Assembly: GCA_032718475.1 (NCBI GenBank)
Contig: JAUCBJ010002048.1
Span: 4,728-68,727 of the forward strand
Direction: 5' to 3'
Origin: Nemertoderma westbladi
Lineage: Eukaryota > Animalia > Xenacoelomorpha
Length of the DNA stretch: 64,000 nucleotides
Position 1 is the first letter of the stretch, and every line of letters starts with the position of its first letter. Made by a program: the position numbers and the translations under genes. The notes below the pieces were generated by a model, which saw only the letters and a list, made by a program, of their open reading frames with translations, was not told the DNA's origin and did no database searches. This document shows, piece after piece, positions 10,411 to 19,548 of the stretch.

Positions 10411-12966
10411 CCGACCAGCGCGCGGACGTATTTATCATCGGCCACGTCGGAAATATTTAGCGTGATTCCGGTGAAACTCACTGGCGATAAGGGATCGAAG
10501 AGAATATATGTGATGTTGGACACTGCGTCCACATTATCCTATATCGACGAGGAAGTGGCGAGAGCCGTTTCTAGCTTCCAGGACGCCGAGGAGATCCAAA
10601 TAGAGTTGAAGTCTATGCACGGGGTAGGAGACCTCAAGGGACACAGAATTTCGGTAGAACTAGATTCCCTACTTCCGAGAGACCAACATACTCGACAAGA
10701 ACGGAAAGCTTTGCCATTGGACGGATTTAAGTGTCTAGCTATGAAGGGATTCGGCAGGCAGTTAGGTAAGGTGCCGCCGATGAGTCCCATAGCACAGGAG
10801 TATTTTGACAAGCTCAGGATACCCAGACACCAGGTAGGTTATAGGAATGTTTCTATGTTGATTGGTGCAGAGCAGCTGATCGCACACCAGATATGGGAAA
10901 CGAGACCAGCTGAGCCGCATGTCAATGGACCACATGCCCATAGGACTATATTAGGTTGGTATACACGAGTACCCATGTCTTATGAGTTTACAGGTGGCGA
11001 CAAGCCAATGAACAGATACGATGAATTACGGCCTATAACTCAACCACCGTTAGTAGAACCACCAGACATAGACGAGTTTAGGAGAACCTGTATTGACCAC
11101 TATAGTGACTTTAGCGAGTCGGACGAGGAGTTGATTCCCGATAATGTTAGGTTGTCGGAACCACTTCATAACGACCGGACAGATAGTGAACCCGAGGACT
11201 ACTGTTATCAGACCCGTGGGTCTGGTTCAGCGGCCCACGCTACCTATTTGACTAACGTTTTGACTTATACTGACATAGTGGAGGGTCAGGTGGCTAAATA
11301 TCGAGACCTAGACATTTTCCAATACAGTGAGGAGGAGCTACAGAAGGAATTGATACGCCAGGACCTCGAGACAGGAGCCAGAACCGTCGAATGGCTGGAT
11401 AGGGACGCAATGGAACCCGGTGGATATGACCTAGCCATGTCTACTAATGAGAAACGGTCGCTGGAGATGATGGAAGACACCATACGTCTACTACCGACTG
11501 GACATTTTGAAGTTGGAATGTTGTGGCGTCGACAACCACCTAAGTTGGAGAACAACTATAACTTAGCCTTGAAAAGATTAAACGGAGTAAGGGCTCGGTT
11601 GTTAAGGAATCCGAACATTAGGGAGAAGTATTGCGCCCAGATCAACAACTATTTCGCTAAGGGATTTGCTGGGAAGGTAGAGGTCCCTGACTTAGTGACA
11701 GACCAGACTTATTACCTTCCACACCAATATGTGACTCACCCTGACAAGCCAGACAAAGTCCGAGTAGTCAACGACTGCGCAGCAGTCTATAGAGGTATGT
11801 CCCTGAATTCAGAGTTGATGGACGGACCCAACCTGAATAATTATTTGATTGGAATACTGTTGCGTTTTAGACAGCGGCGATTCGCATTTACTTGTGACAT
11901 CGAGGCGATGTTCCACCAGGTAAGAGCCTGTAAGGCAGACCAGGATAGCCTTCGCTTTCTCTGGTACGAGAATGAAGACCTATCCGGCCCAGTGGTTAAA
12001 TACCAGATGTACGTTAGGATATTTGGCGCCCGCGATAGTCCAAACGGCACGCTGTTTGTTCTAAAGAAAACGGCAACAGCCCAGATTGGTAAGTATCCAG
12101 TAGAGGTAATCGAGTCCATCTTGAGAAACTTCTATATGGACGACGGATTGGTGTCCAAGGACACAGAGGAACAAGCCATAGAAGTGGCTCACGGCCTGCA
12201 AGAGTGCTTGGCTACAGGGGGTTTTCCTCTGACCAAGTTCACTACAAACTCGGAGGCCCTATTAGAGTCGTTCCCGGTAAAAGATCGCGGGAGCGGAGAC
12301 ATTGAATTGGGGGTAGAACCAATCCCCATGGCGCGAGTACTGGGACTCGCTTGGAATCCGAACTCAGATAAGTTCCAGGTAAGAGTTAGATTTGAGCCCA
12401 GTAGCCCAGACAAAGTTTTGACAAAGAGGATTTGCTTATCGACATTAAGTAGACTATTTGACCCGATGAACTTTATCAGTCCGGTTATATTACAGGCACG
12501 AGCGTGCATGAGGAAAATTTGGTTGTCCGACGTAGAGTGGGACGAACCAATATCTCCTATACATGCAAAGCAGTGGAGGGAGTGGGAAGCTGAGTTGCAT
12601 CTATTGAAAAATATAGACGTACCCCGTTCCTACTTTCCGAATCAGCTGGTATTCCCAGCTGATCTCGAACTCCATCTGTTTAGTGACGCAAGTGACACCG
12701 GCTTTGGTATGGTAGCCTACCTTCGCCGAGAGGTAAGTCAGGACAAGTTTGAGACGGCTTTTGTGACTTCTAGATCAAAGACAATGCCGGTCAAATACAT
12801 GACTGTCCCTCGTGCAGAGTTACAGGCAGCTGTAGTTTCAGTCGAGGTAAGTAAGCAAATAACAGAGGAGTTAGACACGACATTGACCTTATTCTATTGG
12901 ACGGACGCATCCTTGGTGTTAGTATACATTGCGGCCGACAATATCCAATATCGAAACTTCCATTAG
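10411..12966 (+). CDS. Pol part 1: aspartic protease, reverse transcriptase, N-half of RNase H
   Basis: MLDTAS protease motif. RT motifs YYLPHQ.V, KVRVVNDCAA, DIEAMFHQV, FGARDSP and FYMDDG. RNase H motifs LHLFSDAS, TVPRAELQAA and FYWTDA. Open from 10411 in the gag frame; no ATG start. Confidence 0.9.
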   Translation, partial: PTSARTYLSSATSEIFSVIPVKLTGDKGSKRIYVMLDTASTLSYIDEEVARAVSSFQDAEEIQIELKSMHGVGDLKGHRISVELDSLLPRDQHTRQERKALPLDGFKCLAMKGFGRQLGKVPPMSPIAQEYFDKLRIPRHQVGYRNVSMLIGAEQLIAHQIWETRPAEPHVNGPHAHRTILGWYTRVPMSYEFTGGDKPMNRYDELRPITQPPLVEPPDIDEFRRTCIDHYSDFSESDEELIPDNVRLSEPLHNDRTDSEPEDYCYQTRGSGSAAHATYLTNVLTYTDIVEGQVAKYRDLDIFQYSEEELQKELIRQDLETGARTVEWLDRDAMEPGGYDLAMSTNEKRSLEMMEDTIRLLPTGHFEVGMLWRRQPPKLENNYNLALKRLNGVRARLLRNPNIREKYCAQINNYFAKGFAGKVEVPDLVTDQTYYLPHQYVTHPDKPDKVRVVNDCAAVYRGMSLNSELMDGPNLNNYLIGILLRFRQRRFAFTCDIEAMFHQVRACKADQDSLRFLWYENEDLSGPVVKYQMYVRIFGARDSPNGTLFVLKKTATAQIGKYPVEVIESILRNFYMDDGLVSKDTEEQAIEVAHGLQECLATGGFPLTKFTTNSEALLESFPVKDRGSGDIELGVEPIPMARVLGLAWNPNSDKFQVRVRFEPSSPDKVLTKRICLSTLSRLFDPMNFISPVILQARACMRKIWLSDVEWDEPISPIHAKQWREWEAELHLLKNIDVPRSYFPNQLVFPADLELHLFSDASDTGFGMVAYLRREVSQDKFETAFVTSRSKTMPVKYMTVPRAELQAAVVSVEVSKQITEELDTTLTLFYWTDASLVLVYIAADNIQYRNFH

Positions 12967-14594
12967 TTAGCGGACAACCGTCGCTGGCATTAGAGTCATG
13001 CAGTATTTATGACAAATTACTAAATTCGTCTGCCTCTTGGCTGACAATTTGTAAAAGAACTGCGTGGTTAAGCCGATACGTTTCGTACCTTTGTATAAAA
13101 CATTTGAAACATTTGAGAGAACCATCGAGCGCTAATAGTGAGCGAATTCAGAAATTGAAACAACCTCTGACAGAGGATGAGATTGATCAAGCGGAATTAA
13201 AGCATTTGAAACATTATCAAATGTGTGCCTTCCCAAAAGAATTCCATCTATTATCGGCTCAACGACCAGTTCTCTATAAACCCCTTAGAAAATGGAGTCC
13301 ATTAATCCATAAGGGTTTAATTTGTCATAGATCGAGAATCCAGACTGTCGACATAAACTCACAGTTTCGGTTCCCAGTGATAATCCCTAGTCACCCAATA
13401 GAATTGCAAAGAGCGATTCTATGGGATATACACAAGAGGTTGCATCACGCGGGAAGGTTACACTGTTTGTCGGCAGCGAGACAGCGATTCATTCTATTGC
13501 AGCCAAGCAGGGCAGTAGGCACTATGTACGACGCCTGTCTGGTTTGCAAGAGAGTGAACGCCAGAGTATTGGAACAGGAGATGGCTGAACTCCCGGAAGC
13601 GAGAGTGCAGGCATATGACCCACCCTTTACGAACACAGGGGTGGATTGTTTTGGTCCGATTGAAGCAAAGAGTGGACGGCTGACCCACAAGCGATGGGGT
13701 CTGCTACTGACATGCATGGCTAGTAGAGCCATACACATTGAGCGTGTGGCAGACATGTCGACCAAATCTCTGCTCCTGGCCTTGAAGAGATTTATGGCCA
13801 GGAGAGGACTAGTAAAGGCGTTCTACTCCGATAAGGGTACAAACTTTGTCAGAGGGAATAGCGAGTTGAACGCGGCTCATAAAGCGGCACAGAATAAGGA
13901 AATTTCTGCAGCACTTTTGCCGCAAAGAGTAGAGTGGAGATTTAATACTCCAGAAAGTCCTTGGAGAGGAGGAAGTTGGGAGCGTTTAGTTCGCTCTGTA
14001 AAGCAGGCCATTGCCAAAACATTGCCTGTAAACAAACAACTTACCGACGACGAACTGGTCACAGCTTTCATTGAAATCGAGCATACCCTAAACTCGAGGC
14101 CGATAGCTATGTTGCCAGACGGTGTTGCATTAACGCCGAATCATTTGCTAATGCAGAGTCCAGCATTTCTTGTGCCGGCATCAGAACCCATTAGTGCCGA
14201 CCTATATAGTCGTAAAGGCTGGAAAGTAACACAATTTGTCGCGTACACATTCTGGGAATATTGGCGGGAATACTATCTTCCCACCATATCTACCAGAACA
14301 AAGTGGTACAAAACGGTTCGGAGTCTCCAAAGGGGAGATTACGTACTGATAACCGAGCCGATTGTCAAGAGAAAGTACTGGGAGACGGGAGTGATCTTGC
14401 ACACACACCCAGACGTGCAAAACATAGTGCGCACAGTCACTGTGAAAATTATGTGCAAGTGTCCGCACCCAAAAAAGTGTAAAACTAATGGTTTACACAC
14501 CTTGGACCGACCGGTCCAAGATATCGTGTTATTAGAGGAGACACGTATCGAGACGGGAGATTATAATTTGTCTCCTGCCTCAAAACAGAATTAG
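12960..14594 (+). CDS. Pol part 2: integrase (frame-shifted from part 1 by an internal deletion)
   Basis: H-x3-HHAG...CLVC zinc finger. PFTNTGVDCFGP, SDKGTNF and GGSWERLV form the DDE core. LTPNHLL and a C-terminal RPVQDIVLL follow. Confidence 0.9.
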   Translation, partial: PLVSGQPSLALESCSIYDKLLNSSASWLTICKRTAWLSRYVSYLCIKHLKHLREPSSANSERIQKLKQPLTEDEIDQAELKHLKHYQMCAFPKEFHLLSAQRPVLYKPLRKWSPLIHKGLICHRSRIQTVDINSQFRFPVIIPSHPIELQRAILWDIHKRLHHAGRLHCLSAARQRFILLQPSRAVGTMYDACLVCKRVNARVLEQEMAELPEARVQAYDPPFTNTGVDCFGPIEAKSGRLTHKRWGLLLTCMASRAIHIERVADMSTKSLLLALKRFMARRGLVKAFYSDKGTNFVRGNSELNAAHKAAQNKEISAALLPQRVEWRFNTPESPWRGGSWERLVRSVKQAIAKTLPVNKQLTDDELVTAFIEIEHTLNSRPIAMLPDGVALTPNHLLMQSPAFLVPASEPISADLYSRKGWKVTQFVAYTFWEYWREYYLPTISTRTKWYKTVRSLQRGDYVLITEPIVKRKYWETGVILHTHPDVQNIVRTVTVKIMCKCPHPKKCKTNGLHTLDRPVQDIVLLEETRIETGDYNLSPASKQN

Positions 14595-15365
14595 TGTTGG
14601 ACGCAACTCACTTCGTATGCATTCCTCGTATGCAAATACAAGGAAATGCATAGGAGCGGGGTTGTGGTGACTTGCGTTGAGTTTTGTCTGGTGGGTATCA
14701 AAACGAAATTTTATTTTCAAAAATTTTGGAAAATTTAAAATTTTAAAAATTAGAAGTGAACCCAAGACAATTCCAGACGCTGTGTATAGACGCGTTTTAG
14801 AATTCGTCTATAGATATACAGTAATTTGAAAAGTCGTGAAGCCTGGAAAATAGCATTTAGAAACCATGGTGACGGCTATATTACGTAGGAGTGTAAATTG
14901 AGTTTAGCAACTTCCACAGATTGGTGCCAACAGTGCAACTAAGGTGCTAAAGGTTAGTAGCACCAGGGGCGTACATGGACCCCACTCAGTAGTTTGCAGG
15001 ATGTGTGATGTTCGATTATCAAACCTGTGGGTTTGGTATAGTCGGGTATTGTGGCTATGGTCCTTTCTAACTACTGTAGTTTAGTACGAGTGATGGGAGT
15101 AGTTTGGGCATCAAAAAGTGAGTTGGTCACGGCCAGTTTATCTCCAAAGTTTTGCGCTATGCATGGGAATAGGTTAGAGGATAGTTAGTTAGGAAGAGAC
15201 GGGATCTAGAGAGTCGAACCTGAACTGCTGGAAGGCGGGGGGGGGGGGGGGGGGGGGGTTCGGGAGGTCTGTCTTTCGGCGACATCTAACTGATTTACCC
15301 ACAGTGTAATTGGTTACGTAACGGCACTTATTGGGATATATATATATGTATATACGCGAGGCATA

Positions 15366-18300
15366 ATGGAGAAGGATATTAGAGCGCAACCGCGCAGAGG
15401 ATTTACTGCCAGAGAGGAGGCGGAGCTACCATTCGCGCGACCAGGATGTAAAGACTCTAACGTTTACTACCATGGGCGGTCCGTGATGGAGCTAAACGGA
15501 AAATATAAACCGACTTATGATAAGGAATTACGGAGGGAAAGAATGAGAGCGTTGGGGGACCGGATGGAAGTTTTGCGGAGAGAGTATCGCACGCGGTATC
15601 CCTACGACTTCGCTTTGGACGTATGTGACATTAGTGCAGACCCGGATGAGGAGATCGCACGACTGTACCATATGAATATGTATTTACGACACGAAGAACC
15701 TCTACCTGCAATCCGAGATCAGTTCGACGGAATGCATCTATACCGGAGGACTCGAGGCGAGGATCAGGAGACGCCGAAAGTCTTCAGCGTGTACAAGCTG
15801 TTCTACAAGTGTGGTGAATGCATGAATAAGCAAGACGTGGCGATTCCCGATCGACTAGACGAGCAACATCCGGAACCGATATTAACGCGATGTCCAGCTC
15901 ACCAGTTCCTTAGATACAACGAGGGAGGTTACCCGATGAGCAACCCGATGATCAGTATCGACTTCAGCGGAAAGCGACCTCCGAGACCCATTACGCCGAC
16001 CGTTACGACATTAGATCCGTATACGGAGATTAAACCCTGTTCGACACCCAGTTTGATAGAGACGGCAGCGGCCATTTCGCTGTACCGAGCCTACAAGGAT
16101 CTAGAGGCGCGGCGCGAAGCGGCGCGGGACTCGGGTACCAAACCCGCGGGTTTGGAGCTCTCGAGTCCCTGGACTGCGTTTACTTCACCTCACCGAGCGA
16201 GAAGCCTCACGCCTGAGCATCAGGACGACATAGACGCGTTGCGGCAGGAGGAGCGAGCGGCGAAGGCGAAAGAGTTATTTGAGAATCGGATAGCGGAGTA
16301 TAATAAGACCGCGGATAGACATCAAGAGGAGACGAGGAGAGTGACCGGATTTGTTCCACAGGTCGTATCTCAACCCCGACCGGTGTATTATTCCGACGGC
16401 ACCGAACCTGCGATATTAGTAGATCATCCGGAGTCGCGAGAAGCGATACGATTCTTGCCGATGGTAAGAATGGCGGATCATTGGAACGTTGACTGTCTAC
16501 GGGAAGTTTTATGCGCGAAGTTCTTGCGTGATGTCCCAATGCAGATCACAGATTACGACACATTGGATAAGATTGGAGCTCCGGGGAAGGAGAGTAAATT
16601 ATTTGGATGGTTGGATAAGTACATCAAGGTATGGGTCGCGGTGGCTACATTCCCAGACGACGAGGAGGTAGACCAGACGTGGCTGAGGAGGAAGGGTTCT
16701 TATACCCGATATGATGACCACAAGGCTATCGAGCGCATGTGGACCCCATCAGACGAGATTCAGCGTCAGTGGAGGAAAACGGAGGAATCACTGCAGGATT
16801 GGAGGGTGATGTTCTACGACAATGAAGGAGGGTCCCATCAAGAATGTTTGACTAGCAAGTGTATTCAAATTCGTGCAGCCGATGGTGTGACTCATGTGTT
16901 TATGCGTGTGAGGGCGGATCGAGAGAGACCGGAGCCCATCATAACGACACAATATCGGAAGGGGAAGGATCCTAGGGAGCAGATTTTGGAGGTATGCAGG
17001 CGAGGAGGTATGCACGGAGCGGAGCGTATCGACGCCAGGATGCTACCCAAGAAAGTTAGAGAGGCTATTCTCAACCAAGATTACGTCAAGGTGGGATCGG
17101 GAGTCCAGAGCGATTTGGAGAGCGACTTCAACGCCATGACTGATCTGGAAGATAGATTGCCGAGACCGTTTGTCGACACCAAGCTATTGTTGCTATGGGC
17201 ACAGGATATTGGAATTTATAGGGAGTATCCCAACTCTGCCAAGACTGGTATGGGCTTTATAGCACACTTGTTGTATAATTGGGACTTTAAGTTAAAGACG
17301 CAGAAGAAGTACGAGGAGGCGTATGGCGAATACAACACGCCACCGGGAGCGGAGTTCAAATCCCACTTCAAGCGGCAAGCGTTAGTGTATTGGAACATTT
17401 GCGCGCCACCCCGTGCGTCGCTACAATATTATTTGGTGCTTGAGTCGAACACGGTGACTTGTTTATTAGCGGATATCGTTGCGCGAGTTTTGAAGCGTCA
17501 TCCATTGGTATTCGGAGGAGATCAATACGTTCGCTCGAAAGGGGGAATCCAATCCGACGTGATGAAGCGTTTCTTAACCCCGTTCTTCAACCAATCGTTA
17601 GAGAATACGTCGATGGTTAGGAGAGGATTAGCGATATTCCAAGGAGTATATCGACAGAACATCGGAGATTTGGGAGACCGACCGTCGATGGAGTATCCGA
17701 CGCCAGAAGCTTTGGAGAAGTGGTTCGGGAATCAAACCCGCGGGTTTCGTACTCCCTTCCACTCGGAGGCTGATAGACCTGTTAAGGAGGGCTGGCCGGA
17801 GACGTTAGTAGAGGTGTTCGGAGTAGATCTTCCGGTGGAGAAGACATATCCGAAACGAACGCGGGAGGAAATATTGGAGATAGAGGACAAGGGCGAGGAT
17901 GTTTACTTTGTTCCGGATCGACAACCGTTGACCGGAGAGGACGACATCGTATTAGACATTGGGAAGGAAGGAAGTGCGAAACCGATTGGAGACCTCATAT
18001 ACGAGAGGGCCTGGTTTCCACAAGCGCGTAGGTGCAAATTGTGCGGCAGCACAAGGCACAATCTAAAGTCGTGCGACGCGGTAGTAGAGGCGGCGCATAA
18101 GGTCTGTCGTTGGTGTAATGAGACCGACCATTCGTTTCACACGTGCACCGTCTTCATTTCTCAATGTGGATATTGTGGGGTAAAGGGACATCGTAGCGCG
18201 AGATGTCAGCTGCGAGATGATTCCTTTCAAAACCATAGCGCTAACCTACTTCGGGAGATGTTAGATAAGTGGGAGAGTGTGGCTGATTACCATATTCAAG

Positions 18301-19073
18301 CGCAGATGCGTTGGTTACCATTTAAGGCGGGATATGGATTTTGGGCGGTAGACCCATCGCATGTTGCGTACGAGCCATATCTACAATCGCTACCACAATA
18401 TCAGGAACTCATCCTAACTGCTCAAGACCTTCCACAGAACACTGGAGTTATCGTAGTCCGAGAATACTTCAGACAATTGAATATGGATAACAAGTACACC
18501 TGGAACTTCGTTGCTATTTGCGATCGCATCACGAAGGGTGTATTTACGGAGACTAGAAAAGTGGTACGCGCGCGAGGTGAATGGAGGATGGCGGCTATAC
18601 AATACCGCAACGAATTCTTGTTGACTCATGTGCCAGTGGGTTCATTGACCGCTGAGAGGATACAGGGACAGAGGATCGCAGCGACCACAGCGACGACCGC
18701 TGGAGCTCAAGGCTCGCGGAAAGAACCAGGAGGAGGGGTCCACGACAAGCGTCAAGTCAAGGACGACCACTATCACTCTATTATAGAAGCACAGAGGTTG
18801 CAGCGCAAGGCGCAGGGAGCGTCGGAAAAAGCGCGTGTGCAACTGCATAAGGAAGAGTTGGCGGAAGCGACCACGGGAGCACGACAATTGGGACGAGGCC
18901 GAGGAAGAAGCACGAGCCGGGAATCTGTCGGGGCTCAGGGAACATCGTCGCCGGTTCCGGGGAGTGATGCCTCACGGATGCCGTCAACGGAGTCGACTGG
19001 AGGACGACTGGTGTATCTGGGGAGGGGGCGAAAGAGAGGAGCGAGCCCAAAGAACCCAGGAGCGGGTCGATAA
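15366..19073 (+). CDS. ORF3: DEDDy (WRN/RNase D/EXD-like) 3'-5' exonuclease domain plus three CCHC zinc knuckles
   Basis: 1235-aa intact ORF. ExoI VMFYDNEG followed by CIQIRAADGVTHVF. ExoII LPKKVREAILNQDYVKVGSGVQSD and FVDTK. ExoIII YWN..PP..SLQYYLVLE. Knuckles CKLCGSTRHNLKSC, CRWCNETDHSFHTC and CGYCGVKGHRSARC (18033-18206). Domain call is by motif recognition. Confidence 0.75.
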   Translation: MEKDIRAQPRRGFTAREEAELPFARPGCKDSNVYYHGRSVMELNGKYKPTYDKELRRERMRALGDRMEVLRREYRTRYPYDFALDVCDISADPDEEIARLYHMNMYLRHEEPLPAIRDQFDGMHLYRRTRGEDQETPKVFSVYKLFYKCGECMNKQDVAIPDRLDEQHPEPILTRCPAHQFLRYNEGGYPMSNPMISIDFSGKRPPRPITPTVTTLDPYTEIKPCSTPSLIETAAAISLYRAYKDLEARREAARDSGTKPAGLELSSPWTAFTSPHRARSLTPEHQDDIDALRQEERAAKAKELFENRIAEYNKTADRHQEETRRVTGFVPQVVSQPRPVYYSDGTEPAILVDHPESREAIRFLPMVRMADHWNVDCLREVLCAKFLRDVPMQITDYDTLDKIGAPGKESKLFGWLDKYIKVWVAVATFPDDEEVDQTWLRRKGSYTRYDDHKAIERMWTPSDEIQRQWRKTEESLQDWRVMFYDNEGGSHQECLTSKCIQIRAADGVTHVFMRVRADRERPEPIITTQYRKGKDPREQILEVCRRGGMHGAERIDARMLPKKVREAILNQDYVKVGSGVQSDLESDFNAMTDLEDRLPRPFVDTKLLLLWAQDIGIYREYPNSAKTGMGFIAHLLYNWDFKLKTQKKYEEAYGEYNTPPGAEFKSHFKRQALVYWNICAPPRASLQYYLVLESNTVTCLLADIVARVLKRHPLVFGGDQYVRSKGGIQSDVMKRFLTPFFNQSLENTSMVRRGLAIFQGVYRQNIGDLGDRPSMEYPTPEALEKWFGNQTRGFRTPFHSEADRPVKEGWPETLVEVFGVDLPVEKTYPKRTREEILEIEDKGEDVYFVPDRQPLTGEDDIVLDIGKEGSAKPIGDLIYERAWFPQARRCKLCGSTRHNLKSCDAVVEAAHKVCRWCNETDHSFHTCTVFISQCGYCGVKGHRSARCQLRDDSFQNHSANLLREMLDKWESVADYHIQAQMRWLPFKAGYGFWAVDPSHVAYEPYLQSLPQYQELILTAQDLPQNTGVIVVREYFRQLNMDNKYTWNFVAICDRITKGVFTETRKVVRARGEWRMAAIQYRNEFLLTHVPVGSLTAERIQGQRIAATTATTAGAQGSRKEPGGGVHDKRQVKDDHYHSIIEAQRLQRKAQGASEKARVQLHKEELAEATTGARQLGRGRGRSTSRESVGAQGTSSPVPGSDASRMPSTESTGGRLVYLGRGRKRGASPKNPGAGR

Positions 19074-19548
19074 TACATCATAGCACAGGGCGACAGACTC
19101 TAGATATATACATCATCGTCGCTCTGATGTATATTGTAGCATTTAGAAATCTTCGACTAGACTCATATACACTAGTTGAGCTGTTTTGAATTTATATTAT
19201 GAGAGAGGCGAAGGAAGTGATTGGGGAGACAAACCTGCGGGTTTGGCTTACTCCTTTCACTTGCCCTAGCAAATTTTTTTATATATATTTGATTTTGTAT
19301 GTAGTAATCATTATGTAGTACGAACGAGAAACAATATTTGTAAATTTAATTTGAATGAGAGAGATAATATTTGTAAATTTAATTTGTATGCAATTCATTA
19401 TGCAATATCTATAGCAATATTTTGTAAATAGTAGGATTTATAGTATCAAGTATTTAGATTATTTGGAAGAAATTTATTTTGTTTGTATACATCACCTTAT
19501 ACTCTTCTACAGTTGGAGGGAAACATTATATGATTTCCCTTGGAGCGG

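Noticed and set aside
15366-19073. ORF3 as an envelope glycoprotein or an independent host gene
   Set aside because: No signal peptide, TM anchor or fusion-protein Cys pattern. It lies between the LTRs and shares the element's hairpin motif.
7862-19083. Many short overlapping or antisense ORFs within gag, pol and ORF3
   Set aside because: Shadow ORFs of long coding frames with no motifs.
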